A DNA stretch of 32,000 bases. It comes from Planctopirus limnophila DSM 3776 (GTDB taxonomy: Bacteria > Planctomycetota > Planctomycetia > Planctomycetales > Planctomycetaceae). Below are positions 9,900-18,797 of the stretch, piece by piece. The notes beneath the pieces are model-generated. The model saw nothing but the letters and a program-made list of their open reading frames with translations. It did not search any database and was not told where the DNA came from. Location of the stretch: NCBI RefSeq assembly GCF_000092105.1, contig NC_014148.1, positions 1,710,001-1,742,000 on the forward strand, given 5' to 3'. How positions within the stretch are numbered: the stretch's first letter is position 1; each line of letters starts with the position of its first letter. Made by a program: the position numbers and the translations under genes.

Positions 9900-12800
9900 G
9901 TGACAGGAAGACACGGAATGGAAGGTTTGTTTTCAGGTTTCACATTGCTTCAGGCATCGCCGGCTGTCGCGGACGCCCCACCAGGTGCCCCGACGGCCAA
10001 CGTCTGGTTGCTGGGCATTATTGCTTTGTGCGTGCTGACGATCCCCTTCCTGCTGGGAACCCTGGTTGCGGGTGCTCTGCGGATGAAGGACATCGCTTTC
10101 CGCCTGAGCCTGGTGTTCTTCGTGACGGCCTTGTCACTAACGCCATTTATCTACAGTGGTGTGAGTGGTGAAGGGCTACTTAAAGCCATTCCACTGGGGA
10201 TTGACCTCGCTGGTGGAACCAATCTGGTTTATCAGATTGATGTTGATGCCGCCAAAAAGGATGGAAAAAACCTTGATATCAATACCGTCGAACAGCTCGT
10301 CCAGGCGATTGGCAAGCGACTTAATCCTTCGGGTGCGGAAGAGATCACGATTCGTCGCGTGGGGCGAGATCGTATTGAAGTCATCATTCCCGGTGCCGAC
10401 AAAGACATTGTCGAACAGAAGAAGCGATTGATCACCCGGCTGGGAAGTCTGGAATTTGCCATTCTGGCCAATGCCCGTGATCATGCTTCGATCATCAGCC
10501 GGGCCAATCAGTTACCGGATGGAACAGATGATCTTCGTGACGACAAACTGCTGGTTGCCAGTTGGCGCACCGTTGCTGATGGCAAGAATGTGGGCCAGAA
10601 CGCAAATGATCAGACGCAGTTGCGGGTCGTCAAGCGGCGGAATGACAAAGGTGAACTGGTTGATGTCCAGCAGTTTCTCGTCGTTCATGAAACCCCTGAC
10701 AAGCAGGTAACGGGTAAGCTACTGCAGGATGCCGGTTATCGTCCTGATCAGCAGGGACGTCCTGCGGTTTCATTCCGCATGACGACGACAGGTTCGATTC
10801 GTCTGGATGCACTCACTGCCAAATATGCTCCCGATCCAGTGGATAAGTTCGAGCGTCGTCTGGCAATTCTTCTCGATGGAAAAGTCTACTCGGCACCTAA
10901 CCTCCGAGACCGCTTGTCATCTGGCGGCGGTGAGATCACGGGCGATTTTGATCGTAAAGAAGTCGATGAACTCGCTGGAGTCCTCAATGCGGGGGCTTTG
11001 GAAGTCCCTTTGATTCCGACGCCTGTGAGTGAATTTACAATCAGTCCACTCCTTGGGGCTGATGTGCAGCAGAAAGGTTTGCTGGCGATTGCACTCTCGG
11101 CGGCTGCCGTCTTCATCTTCATGGCGGTTTACTACATGGTCTCTGGTTTGGTGGCCGACATGTGTCTGGTGCTGAACCTGATCATGGTGGTGGGAGCGAT
11201 GGCGTTTATCGATGCCACCTTCACACTGCCTGGTTTGGCTGGTCTTGTGTTGACCATTGGTATGGCGGTTGATGCCAACGTGCTGATTTACGAACGATTC
11301 CGCGAAGAAATGGCCCGCGGCGCCAGTCTCCGGCTGACTATCCAGAATGGCTTCGACAAGGCACTTTCGGCCATTGTCGACGGTAACGTGACCACTCTGA
11401 TTACGGCGGTCATTCTCTTCATGATTGGCACCGATGCCGTGAAGGGCTTTGCCGTTTCGCTGTTTATTGGTTTGAGTGCGTCGATGTTCGCGATTCTGGT
11501 GTTTGGTCGCATCTGCTTCGACATCATTGAACGCAAGCGGCTGGTCAAATCCTTGTCGATGATGCCGACCATCAAGCTGAACGGTGTCGATTTTCTGGGG
11601 ATGCGAGTACCAGCCATCCTGTTTTCAGTGGTGGTGATCGCGGTCGGGATGTTCGCTCTGGTTTCACGCGGCAAAGACAATCTCGATATCGACTTTACTG
11701 GCGGTACCATGGTGACTCTGGAATTCCAGAAGTCACAAGAAACGGCCGTTGTTCGCGAGAAACTCGATGCCAAGTTCCCGACAGCAATTTCTCTGGAAGA
11801 ACTGCGGCTGAACGATGAATCTGCAACTGCAGGGACTCGTTTCCGCATCCGCACAAGTTTGATTGATCGAGAACAGGTTCGCGGATTGATCAACGAGTCG
11901 TTTGCAGACCCTGAGACCGCACTCACGAGAGTGCAGTTGAGTTTTGGAGACATCACGCCTGTGACGGCCGATGACTCGAAGACCATTCGAATCAGGCCAG
12001 GGACGAATATCGACAAGTTTACCGGTGGGCATCGAGTTCCACTGACGTTTACAGGTCCGGTGGCTGAAGCGACTGTCGCTGAATATCTGGCGGAACAACT
12101 CAAGAAGTTCCCTGGAAAAGATTCTCAGCCTAGGTATGACTCGGCGATTGGGATGGTGCTGGTCGATGGTGTGAGTGCCGGTGGTCAGTCCACGACCGGA
12201 AAATTCACAGAATTGGTTGCTCGTGTGGCTCCGGATGTCTCGAATGAAGATCTGGCCGAGGCACTGAAGGCCTTGGCAACACAACTGGCTAACGAGCCGA
12301 TCTTTGATGAGTTCAATTCGTTTACGACCTCGGTTGCAGCAGAAACTCAGCAGAACGCACTGTTGGCCATTTTGTTGAGTCTGGTGGCGATTGTGGTTTA
12401 CATCTGGTTCCGCTTTGAGAAGCTCTATTACGGTTTTGCTGCCGTTGCGGCACTGACACACGACGCCCTCGTTGTGCTGGGGAGTGTGGCTTTGGGCGCA
12501 TGGTTGTCACAGACACCCATCGGGCCGATCCTGGGGCTGGAAGATTTCAAGATCAACATGGGCTTCATTGCGGCGATTCTGACCATCATTGGTTATTCGC
12601 TGAATGACACCATCGTGATCTTTGATCGTATCCGTGAAATTCGCGGCAAAAACCCGAATGTCACCTACGATATGATTAATCTGAGCGTGAATCAGACCAT
12701 GTCGCGAACGATTCTAACTGCTACGACTGTTTTGATCGTCGTGGTGATTCTGTATCTCTTTGGCGGAGAAGGGATTCACACCTTCGCCTACAGCTTTATC

Positions 12801-12911
12801 ATCGGAACCATCGCGGGTACTTATAGTACGATCTTCATTGCCAACCCCGTGCTGTACTGGCTGGTGAGTCGACAGCAGGCCAAGTCGGGTCCTGCCAAGG
12901 TCACAGCCTGA
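9900..12911 (+). CDS. secDF: Protein translocase subunit SecDF (SecD-SecF fusion)
   Basis: 1003 aa. The SecD part contains 'LGIDLAGGTNLVYQ', 'LEFAILAN' and a six-TM bundle with 'GMAVDANVLIYERFREE'. The SecF part contains 'DIDFTGGTMVTLEF' and a second TM bundle with 'GYSLNDTIVIFDRIRE'. There is no stop between the two halves. Alternative ATG start at 9918. Confidence 0.95.
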   Translation: MTGRHGMEGLFSGFTLLQASPAVADAPPGAPTANVWLLGIIALCVLTIPFLLGTLVAGALRMKDIAFRLSLVFFVTALSLTPFIYSGVSGEGLLKAIPLGIDLAGGTNLVYQIDVDAAKKDGKNLDINTVEQLVQAIGKRLNPSGAEEITIRRVGRDRIEVIIPGADKDIVEQKKRLITRLGSLEFAILANARDHASIISRANQLPDGTDDLRDDKLLVASWRTVADGKNVGQNANDQTQLRVVKRRNDKGELVDVQQFLVVHETPDKQVTGKLLQDAGYRPDQQGRPAVSFRMTTTGSIRLDALTAKYAPDPVDKFERRLAILLDGKVYSAPNLRDRLSSGGGEITGDFDRKEVDELAGVLNAGALEVPLIPTPVSEFTISPLLGADVQQKGLLAIALSAAAVFIFMAVYYMVSGLVADMCLVLNLIMVVGAMAFIDATFTLPGLAGLVLTIGMAVDANVLIYERFREEMARGASLRLTIQNGFDKALSAIVDGNVTTLITAVILFMIGTDAVKGFAVSLFIGLSASMFAILVFGRICFDIIERKRLVKSLSMMPTIKLNGVDFLGMRVPAILFSVVVIAVGMFALVSRGKDNLDIDFTGGTMVTLEFQKSQETAVVREKLDAKFPTAISLEELRLNDESATAGTRFRIRTSLIDREQVRGLINESFADPETALTRVQLSFGDITPVTADDSKTIRIRPGTNIDKFTGGHRVPLTFTGPVAEATVAEYLAEQLKKFPGKDSQPRYDSAIGMVLVDGVSAGGQSTTGKFTELVARVAPDVSNEDLAEALKALATQLANEPIFDEFNSFTTSVAAETQQNALLAILLSLVAIVVYIWFRFEKLYYGFAAVAALTHDALVVLGSVALGAWLSQTPIGPILGLEDFKINMGFIAAILTIIGYSLNDTIVIFDRIREIRGKNPNVTYDMINLSVNQTMSRTILTATTVLIVVVILYLFGGEGIHTFAYSFIIGTIAGTYSTIFIANPVLYWLVSRQQAKSGPAKVTA

Positions 12912-12959
12912 TAAAGCGGCTTTGTCAATGAATGTGAGTTAAAGTCAAAGATGATTGAG

Positions 12960-12997
12960 CCGCCTCCTGCTTTCGAGCCGGGGGCGGTTTTTGTTTT
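12960..12997 (+). terminator. Rho-independent terminator after secDF
   Basis: Stem CCGCCTCC (12960-12967) / GGGGGCGG (12980-12987) has 8 bp including one G-T. It encloses a 12-nt loop and is followed by TTTTTGTTTT. It lies about 50 nt past the secDF stop. Confidence 0.8.
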
Positions 12998-13080
12998 CTG
13001 GGCAGTAAAATCGGGGGCATTCGACTAACATTTCCTCCATTGAGTGCTCTGGAAAGATTGATCAGTAGCGGCATTATCGG

Positions 13081-13380
13081 TTGAGGGGTCGCGTGGATTC
13101 GGAACTTGCGGTCAAGACAATTGTCGCACCCGACTGGTCAACCAGTGAGCCGATGATTCTGTTTGCATGGCTGGTCGAAGTGGGAGATGTCGTCGCTGTT
13201 GGAGACCGGGTGGCTGAAATTGGCATTCAGGGAGTGAGCCGTGATTTTGAATGCCCTGCCCGTGGTGTCGTCAAACAGCGGCTGGTTAATGCGGGGAGCA
13301 GTATTTCCGCCGGAGACGTTCTTTTGAGCCTCTCCTTAAATGAAGACCTGCATGATTCATCCCGTCCCGTATCAGATTGA
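13081..13380 (+). CDS. Small lipoyl/biotinyl-attachment-domain-like protein lacking the modifiable lysine
   Basis: The translation 'KTIVAPDW..MILFAWLVEVGDVVAVGDRVAEIGIQGVSRDFECPARGVVKQRLVNAGSSISAGDVLLSL' follows the barrel-sandwich carrier-domain pattern. The E-x-D/M-K hairpin is replaced by G-I-Q-G. The start is TTG 13081 or GTG 13093; starting at ATG 13153 would delete the first strand. The TGA stop overlaps the holB start region. Confidence 0.6.
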   Translation: MRGRVDSELAVKTIVAPDWSTSEPMILFAWLVEVGDVVAVGDRVAEIGIQGVSRDFECPARGVVKQRLVNAGSSISAGDVLLSLSLNEDLHDSSRPVSD

Positions 13381-13394
13381 GGAGCACGCTGCTG

Positions 13395-14492
13395 ATGTCG
13401 GTCTGGAGTGAAGTTCGCGGGCAGTCGATGGCTATCGAGCAGTTACGAAAAGCGGTCGAGCGGGGCCGATTGGCCCATGGATATTTATTTGTGGGACCCC
13501 AGGGAGTCGGGAAGCGGCTTGTGGCTCAGAAGTTCGCCCAGGCCATCTTATGCAAAGAGCGTAAGCCTCATGAGCTTGAGGCATGCGGCACTTGTACAAG
13601 CTGCCGGCCGTTTCTGGCCGGAAATCATCCCGATTTTCAAGTCGTGGAATGTCCGGAAGGAAAGCGGGAGATTCCCATCGATCTGCTGGTGGGGTCTAAG
13701 GAGAATCGCGGGCAGGAGGGGCTTTGCCATGGTCTCTCACTGAAGCCACTGAGTGGCAGCCGCAAGATCGCGATTATCGACGACGCGCATTTGCTCAATG
13801 ATGCCGGTGCGAATGCGATTCTCAAGACATTGGAAGAACCACCCGAACTCGCTGTTTTGATTCTGGTGGCATCGACACTCGAAACCGTCTTGCCCACCAT
13901 TCGCTCGCGTTGTCATCTGGTGAGGTTTCAGCAGCTCGGCTACGAGGATATTGAGGCCCTGTTAAGTGCCGAGGGATCGATTGAAACCGGGATGGTGAAG
14001 GAAGTCAGCCAGATGTGTGATGGCAGTCTTTCCATGGCGAAGGAAATGCTGGATCCAGCACTTTGGGAGCTGCGAAAAACTCTGCGAAAAACACTTTGCG
14101 AGCGGCGAATTCCTGGGCAGAAAACGGCTCAGATGATCTTCAGTTATCTTGAAAGCCACTCATCGGAAACATCCGCTCAGCGGGAGTCGATTCAGCATAT
14201 CTTCCGATTTGTGATCGATGATCTCAGGCGGGTCATCCAGGTGGTTTGTGGTGCCGAGACTCGCGAGCAAAATCACTCGCTCGTTCGAGATTCACATAAC
14301 GAGATCGTTCAGATGGCAAAGTCACTTTCGCCAGATCCTGAAACGATCGAGTGCTTCGCGAAAATGTGCGACCGGGTGATGGAGGCGAGTGGCCAGGTGT
14401 TGCAGAATGTGAACCTTTCGCTATGTCTCGAAGCCTGTTTCGACGATGTTTCAAGGATGCGTGCGAATCTGGCGAACACAGGCGTCAATTGA
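13395..14492 (+). CDS. holB: DNA polymerase III subunit delta' (clamp-loader)
   Basis: Motifs: 'GRLAHGYLFVGPQGVGKRLVAQKFAQAILC' (degenerate Walker A), zinc module 'CGTCTSCRPFLAGNHPDF', 'IAIIDDAHLLNDAGANAILKTLEEPP' and 'TIRSRC' (sensor). I prefer ATG 13395, preceded by GAGGAG at 13379-13384. The track start is TTG 13377. Confidence 0.9.
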   Translation: MSVWSEVRGQSMAIEQLRKAVERGRLAHGYLFVGPQGVGKRLVAQKFAQAILCKERKPHELEACGTCTSCRPFLAGNHPDFQVVECPEGKREIPIDLLVGSKENRGQEGLCHGLSLKPLSGSRKIAIIDDAHLLNDAGANAILKTLEEPPELAVLILVASTLETVLPTIRSRCHLVRFQQLGYEDIEALLSAEGSIETGMVKEVSQMCDGSLSMAKEMLDPALWELRKTLRKTLCERRIPGQKTAQMIFSYLESHSSETSAQRESIQHIFRFVIDDLRRVIQVVCGAETREQNHSLVRDSHNEIVQMAKSLSPDPETIECFAKMCDRVMEASGQVLQNVNLSLCLEACFDDVSRMRANLANTGVN

Positions 14493-14702
14493 TCCTTCGT
14501 AACTGTGTGCCGGGTTGAGGCGTGAATCTCTCGTGAAGCATGGTTATCTGCAGTTTCATTGGAAGAATAGTATAATTTTTCAGTAGAGCTATCGTCTGAA
14601 TGGTAAACATGTTATGTCTATAGACTTCAGTCAGTAAAGCGGTGACGAAAACTCCTGCATGAGTCTCTGGGCTGGAAAGATAACGTGCCGCGACTGGCAG
14701 AC

Positions 14703-15500
14703 ATGAATGATCGCTGGGCCCTGGTCACTGGTGCATCGTCCGGCATTGGTGCTGAGTTCGCACGTCAATTGGCTGCCCGGGGGATGCATCTGATTCTGGT
14801 GGCACGCCGCACGGAGATGATGCAGGGGCTGGCTGCGGAACTCGATCGATTGCATGGAACCAAAACCGAAATTCTTTCGATTGATCTGACGTTGGCTGAT
14901 GCGGTTCAACAGATTGCTGACAAAGTTTCTGCTGCCGGGATCGAGGTCGATTTGCTGGTGAACTGTGCTGGTTTTGGCATGGTAGGCGAAATTCTGGAGA
15001 CAGACTTTGACCGTGTGCGTCAAATGTTACGTCTGAACATCGAGGCCTTAGCAGCTTTGACGTACCAGTTTCTGCCAGGGATGATTCGCCGAAATCGTGG
15101 TGCCGTTGTCAACGTGGCTTCGATTGCTGCTTTCCAACCAGTGGCTTACATGGGAGCTTACGCTGCGAGCAAGGCGTTTGTGCTACATTTTACTGAGGCC
15201 TTACATGCCGAGCTTTCGGATACCGGTGTGGTCGCGATGGCTGTCTGTCCGGGAGTGACCCAGACCGATTTTTTCGATGTGGCTGGTGCCACGGGCTGGC
15301 TGCAGAAACATTCGTCGCAAACACCTGAGGAAGTTGTCCGTCAGGCCCTGAAATCGCTGGATCGTGGTCGTCAGTATGTGGTTACCGGCTGGCGGAACTA
15401 TCTTTTGACGTGCCTGGTACGGATCGCGACTCGCTGGCGTGTGGTCAATGAATCCAAACGGTTCTTCCGCCCCAGACGTTCGAATAAGTCCAAGAGCTGA
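14703..15500 (+). CDS. Classical short-chain dehydrogenase/reductase (SDR family oxidoreductase)
   Basis: Motifs: 'ALVTGASSGIGAEFARQLAARG' (TGxxxGxG), 'NCAG' and 'YAASKAFV' (YxxxK). The ATG at 14703 gives a typical N-terminus, while the longest ORF starts at GTG 14685. There is a basic C-terminal tail. Substrate unknown. Confidence 0.9.
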   Translation: MNDRWALVTGASSGIGAEFARQLAARGMHLILVARRTEMMQGLAAELDRLHGTKTEILSIDLTLADAVQQIADKVSAAGIEVDLLVNCAGFGMVGEILETDFDRVRQMLRLNIEALAALTYQFLPGMIRRNRGAVVNVASIAAFQPVAYMGAYAASKAFVLHFTEALHAELSDTGVVAMAVCPGVTQTDFFDVAGATGWLQKHSSQTPEEVVRQALKSLDRGRQYVVTGWRNYLLTCLVRIATRWRVVNESKRFFRPRRSNKSKS

Positions 15501-15560
15501 AACCTTTACAGGAATCTGCCCGGTAAAGAGTTTGCTCCCATGATCCAAGGGGAGGCTGAT

Positions 15561-16622
15561 TCAAAGTGCTGGCGTGGCTTCGACAATGGCTGCGATTTCG
15601 GCTGATTCCGAACGTGGGGGCCGTTCGAGAAGTGCCATCGTCGCTTTTTGCGGTGTTTTGCCGCAGAAAAGGACTTCGTAGACCTGTTGCATGATCGGCA
15701 GGTCGAGTTGATGCCGAAGTGCAATCTCGGCCACACTTTTCGACGTGGCTACTCCTTCGGCAACACCCTCCATGGAATGCAGAATATCGTCGATGGATTC
15801 GCCCATTCCCAAACGAAAGCCCACCTTACGGTTTCGTCCATAAGGGCTGACACAGGTCGTGATCAAATCCCCCATGCCGGCCAGACCGGTAAATGTCATC
15901 GGGTTGGCACCAAAGTAGACACCAAACCTCTGCATCTCGACGAGGCCGCGGGTCATCAGGGCGGATTTGGCATTGTCTCCAAATCCCAATCCATCGCAGA
16001 TCCCACAGGCAATGGCAATGACGTTCTTGAGGGCACCGGCATACTCGACACCGAGTGTGTCGGCATTGGTGTAAATGCGAAATCGTTCGGTCGAGAACAT
16101 CTGCTGCACACGGCAGGCCAGTTCGAGATCCTCACTGGAAGCGACGACAGTTGCTGGTAAGCGATGGGCCAACTCTTCGGCATGACTGGGGCCACTGAGA
16201 ATCGCGACAGATCGTGGCCCGAGAATATCCGTCACGATCTGGCTGGGACGCTGGAAGGTGCCATTCTCGACCCCTTTGATCACACTGATCACAGGCACAG
16301 ATTCGGGAAGCGAGTTTCGTACCAGTTGAAGTGACTGTCTTAAAAACTGGCAGGGAATGGCGAGGACAAGGTAGTCGCAGTTATGGATGGCGACATTGAT
16401 GTCAGACGTGATGAAAATGTTGTCGTTCAGTTTGCAGCCCGGCAGGAAACGTCGATTTTCTCGCGTGGATTGAATTTCCACCGCCTGATCCTGATCCCGA
16501 ACCCAGATCGAGACCTGCTGATGCGGTTGTTCTGCCAGGAGCATGGCACAGGCCGTTCCCATGGCACCGCCGCCGAGAATGGTCAATCGAGTGGTCATAG
16601 GAGAGTTCCGATCCATCGGCAA
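15561..16622 (-). CDS. gpsA: NAD(P)H-dependent glycerol-3-phosphate dehydrogenase
   Basis: Motifs: 'LTILGGGAMGTACA' dinucleotide fold, 'GALKNVIAIACGICDGLGFGDNAKSALMTRGLVEMQRFG' and 'GLAGMGDLITTC...SPYGRNRKVG'. Alternative in-frame ATG starts lie at 16616 and 16598. Confidence 0.95.
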   Translation of the reverse strand: MPMDRNSPMTTRLTILGGGAMGTACAMLLAEQPHQQVSIWVRDQDQAVEIQSTRENRRFLPGCKLNDNIFITSDINVAIHNCDYLVLAIPCQFLRQSLQLVRNSLPESVPVISVIKGVENGTFQRPSQIVTDILGPRSVAILSGPSHAEELAHRLPATVVASSEDLELACRVQQMFSTERFRIYTNADTLGVEYAGALKNVIAIACGICDGLGFGDNAKSALMTRGLVEMQRFGVYFGANPMTFTGLAGMGDLITTCVSPYGRNRKVGFRLGMGESIDDILHSMEGVAEGVATSKSVAEIALRHQLDLPIMQQVYEVLFCGKTPQKATMALLERPPRSESAEIAAIVEATPAL

Positions 16623-17116
16623 GGGCCAGCCAGGCAGGTCACAGGAAAACTTATTTCTATACGGTGATTAGACTTCCGCGTGATACACAAAATCGATCGT
16701 GGGGGAAAGTGTCGGGCTGAGAATCCCGTGATTTCTCCGTGGATTTGACGGCGATTTTCGCTTCCTGAAACTGCCGATGAAATGTCTTCTTTTTTCCACG
16801 ACCAATGCCCACCCTGAAGATGGAGTCTCTGCTTCAGGATCACAGAATTGAACATGAAAAGCGATTTTTGGAAGAGACAGCTTGCTTTCGCAATTGCATG
16901 ACCTAGGTTTACAAAAAGTGTTGGTGTTTATCCCGTGATCGTATCCATACGCTCGGGTTGCGTCAGATGCCATATGTATCACCGAGTTTGTGCCGGTGGA
17001 CGGGGCGTCGATTTGGGCTTTTCCTGCCAGCCATCGGTCCATTGGCTGTCTAACGGATTCGAATCCTGGTCACGATTGAGTTTCGAGTAAGAGTTTCCTC
17101 AGGGGCAGATCGAAAG

Positions 17117-17401
17117 ATGAGCACGACTTATCCCACTCCCGGTTCGGCAGGTGTTCTCCCCCATCAGGCTGGCATCAATCCCGAGACTGGAAACGTTTTC
17201 TCCGACCGCCGTGCTCCTCGACCGGAAGGTCGAAGTGGCGGCCCTGAGCGTCGCCAGTTCACAACGACCCCATCACTCATGCGGCCCGAGGTTGCTGAAC
17301 TGGCCGACGCTGTTGACCGTTACAAGATGGAACATCGCCGTCGCTTCATTACGTTTGAAGAACTCTTCAACGTCATGAGCTCGCTGGGCTATCACAAGTA
17401 A
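17117..17401 (+). CDS. Hypothetical small protein (Pro/Gly/Arg-rich N-terminal half, helical C-terminal half)
   Basis: 94-aa ATG ORF. The C-terminal 'RPEVAELADAVDRYKMEHRRRFITFEELFNVMSSLGYHK' looks like a folded helical module. I recognise no domain. It is the only plausible ORF in this stretch. Confidence 0.55.
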   Translation: MSTTYPTPGSAGVLPHQAGINPETGNVFSDRRAPRPEGRSGGPERRQFTTTPSLMRPEVAELADAVDRYKMEHRRRFITFEELFNVMSSLGYHK

Positions 17402-17428
17402 GCGAAAACTGTGGGAGTCGATGGTCTA

Positions 17429-18718
17429 TTACAAGCCAGCTTTTAATGCCGCCAGGTGCATCATGAAGTGCGTCTTCAGGATGTCGGCATAGACGGCTGG
17501 ATGTTCTCTTAAAATCTGCATGAGCACCGCGCCCCAGTGAGGATGCTGCAAGGTGCTGCCAAATGTGCAATGCAGGATTTGCCGTCCCGGTGCAGTAAAG
17601 CCCTGTCCAGGGAGGACAGAGCTCCAATCCTGCAGATAGAGCTGGCGAAGCTGGTCATCACTGCTGACTTCATGCGGAGGTGGAACGGCTTCGAGTGTGG
17701 CGGAAACGTGATAAGTGGCTTTATCCGTCAGATACCGCTCGCGTGCAAAATCGATCATGCCGCGGAACTCTCCCGGTGCGACCGTCGCCACGACCCTAAG
17801 CGCCTCAAGATAGCTTGTTCCGGCGGTTTTGACATGGAACATGCCACCGGTGTATGCCGCCAGTTGTCGGTAGACTGTCAACTTGTCAGAGCCGGAATGC
17901 AGGCTCAGCTTATAAGGGCCCACAACCTTGGCAATCGCTGCATGATCAGCCAATGATCGTTCAAAGGTGGAAATGTCACCCTTAAAATCCACCCCTTTTT
18001 CGAATTCTCCAATGAAACGCGGTGCCAGGCTCACCAGCCGGATACCAGCATTCAGGAGTTGCTGGGCAATGATGAAATGTTCGGCTGTCGTGGTGGGCTG
18101 ATCGGTTTCATCGACACTCAGTTCGATCTCACATGGTCGGCCCGCGCGGTCTTGAACCTGTTGAATGTATTGCCCCAGACGAATTGCGAGTTGAATGGCA
18201 CGACCGTACTTGACCGCAGCGCGATAAAGCACAGGCTCAGTCATTTCGATTGTCGAACCAGTTGATAGCGAGATTGTCCTCCCCAGGTAGGTCTCGACCC
18301 ATGGGGAAAGCTCACGGACATCGTGAAAGCGATACTTCAGTTCGTCGAAGGAGTAGTTATCGGCTTTCTGATCGACTTCTGCCGATGGATCAATCGTAAA
18401 AAAGACGAACCCGGCTTCCGCAGTGACTTCAACATCAGCCTCGGTTTTCAAATGATCAGCATCAGCCCCGACAGGGCCTTCGTAATGGGCGTTTCGAACC
18501 GCCCGGAAGGCATCTTCCATGACCTGTGTCGCCGTTCGACCTGTGCGTGCCATTTCCCGGATCGACTGCTGGGCGAAGATGGGAAGAATTCCCGATGAAC
18601 TCGCGTTGACAGCAGCAATATGCCCAGGCGTCGCCAAACCCGTGCGATCACCAAATCCAAAACTGGGCGAAAGACCAAGACATTGAGCACTCATCAGCAG
18701 GTAGCCTTTAACGATCAA
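17429..18718 (-). CDS. Tagaturonate/fructuronate epimerase family protein (UxaE-like)
   Basis: Strong resemblance, from memory, to the UxaE family: 'SFGFGDRTGLATPGH', 'PIFAQQSIREMARTGRT', 'GADADHLKT', 'FFTIDPS', 'SVDETDQPTT', 'APRFIGEFEKGVDFKGD', 'LSLHSGSDK', 'FHVKTAGTSYLEA'. It is shorter at the N-terminus than the Thermotoga enzyme as I recall it. Alternative start at 18694. Confidence 0.75.
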   Translation of the reverse strand: MIVKGYLLMSAQCLGLSPSFGFGDRTGLATPGHIAAVNASSSGILPIFAQQSIREMARTGRTATQVMEDAFRAVRNAHYEGPVGADADHLKTEADVEVTAEAGFVFFTIDPSAEVDQKADNYSFDELKYRFHDVRELSPWVETYLGRTISLSTGSTIEMTEPVLYRAAVKYGRAIQLAIRLGQYIQQVQDRAGRPCEIELSVDETDQPTTTAEHFIIAQQLLNAGIRLVSLAPRFIGEFEKGVDFKGDISTFERSLADHAAIAKVVGPYKLSLHSGSDKLTVYRQLAAYTGGMFHVKTAGTSYLEALRVVATVAPGEFRGMIDFARERYLTDKATYHVSATLEAVPPPHEVSSDDQLRQLYLQDWSSVLPGQGFTAPGRQILHCTFGSTLQHPHWGAVLMQILREHPAVYADILKTHFMMHLAALKAGL

Positions 18719-18797
18719 GTCGGTATCAACAGCGCAAGGATGGTTTCATTGCTGGTCTCTGTCGAATGTCCGAGTAAAGTTCCATTGAGCCGAGTCA

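Noticed and set aside
11288-12461. Long antisense ORFs (271 aa and 242 aa) inside secDF
   Set aside because: They lie entirely antisense to a confidently identified conserved gene. Their translations are Ser/Arg/Pro-rich and not protein-like. They are typical shadow ORFs.
16692-16806. Long-range pairing ATCGATCGTGGGGGAAAG / CTTTTTTCCACGACCAAT, which includes a 12-bp contiguous run with three G-U pairs and would favour a plus-strand RNA
   Set aside because: A back-of-envelope estimate gives about one such 12-bp stem (Watson-Crick plus G-U) by chance among all position pairs in a ~500-nt region. It is not evidence for a structured RNA on its own.
16595-17042. Two minus-strand ORFs (86 and 124 aa) in the gpsA / 94-aa-gene gap
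   Set aside because: One overlaps the gpsA start. The translations are Arg/Ser/Pro-rich without hydrophobic periodicity or motifs. I treat the region as non-coding (see the related finding).
17055-17066. GGATTCGAATCC, a 12-bp palindrome resembling a tRNA T-loop (TTCGAAT), with a nearby 6-bp stem CAGCCA/TGGCTG; possible tRNA remnant
   Set aside because: The flanks do not form a T-stem, the neighbouring stem has a 9-nt loop, and no acceptor or D arm can be drawn. About eight 12-bp palindromes are expected per 32 kb by chance.
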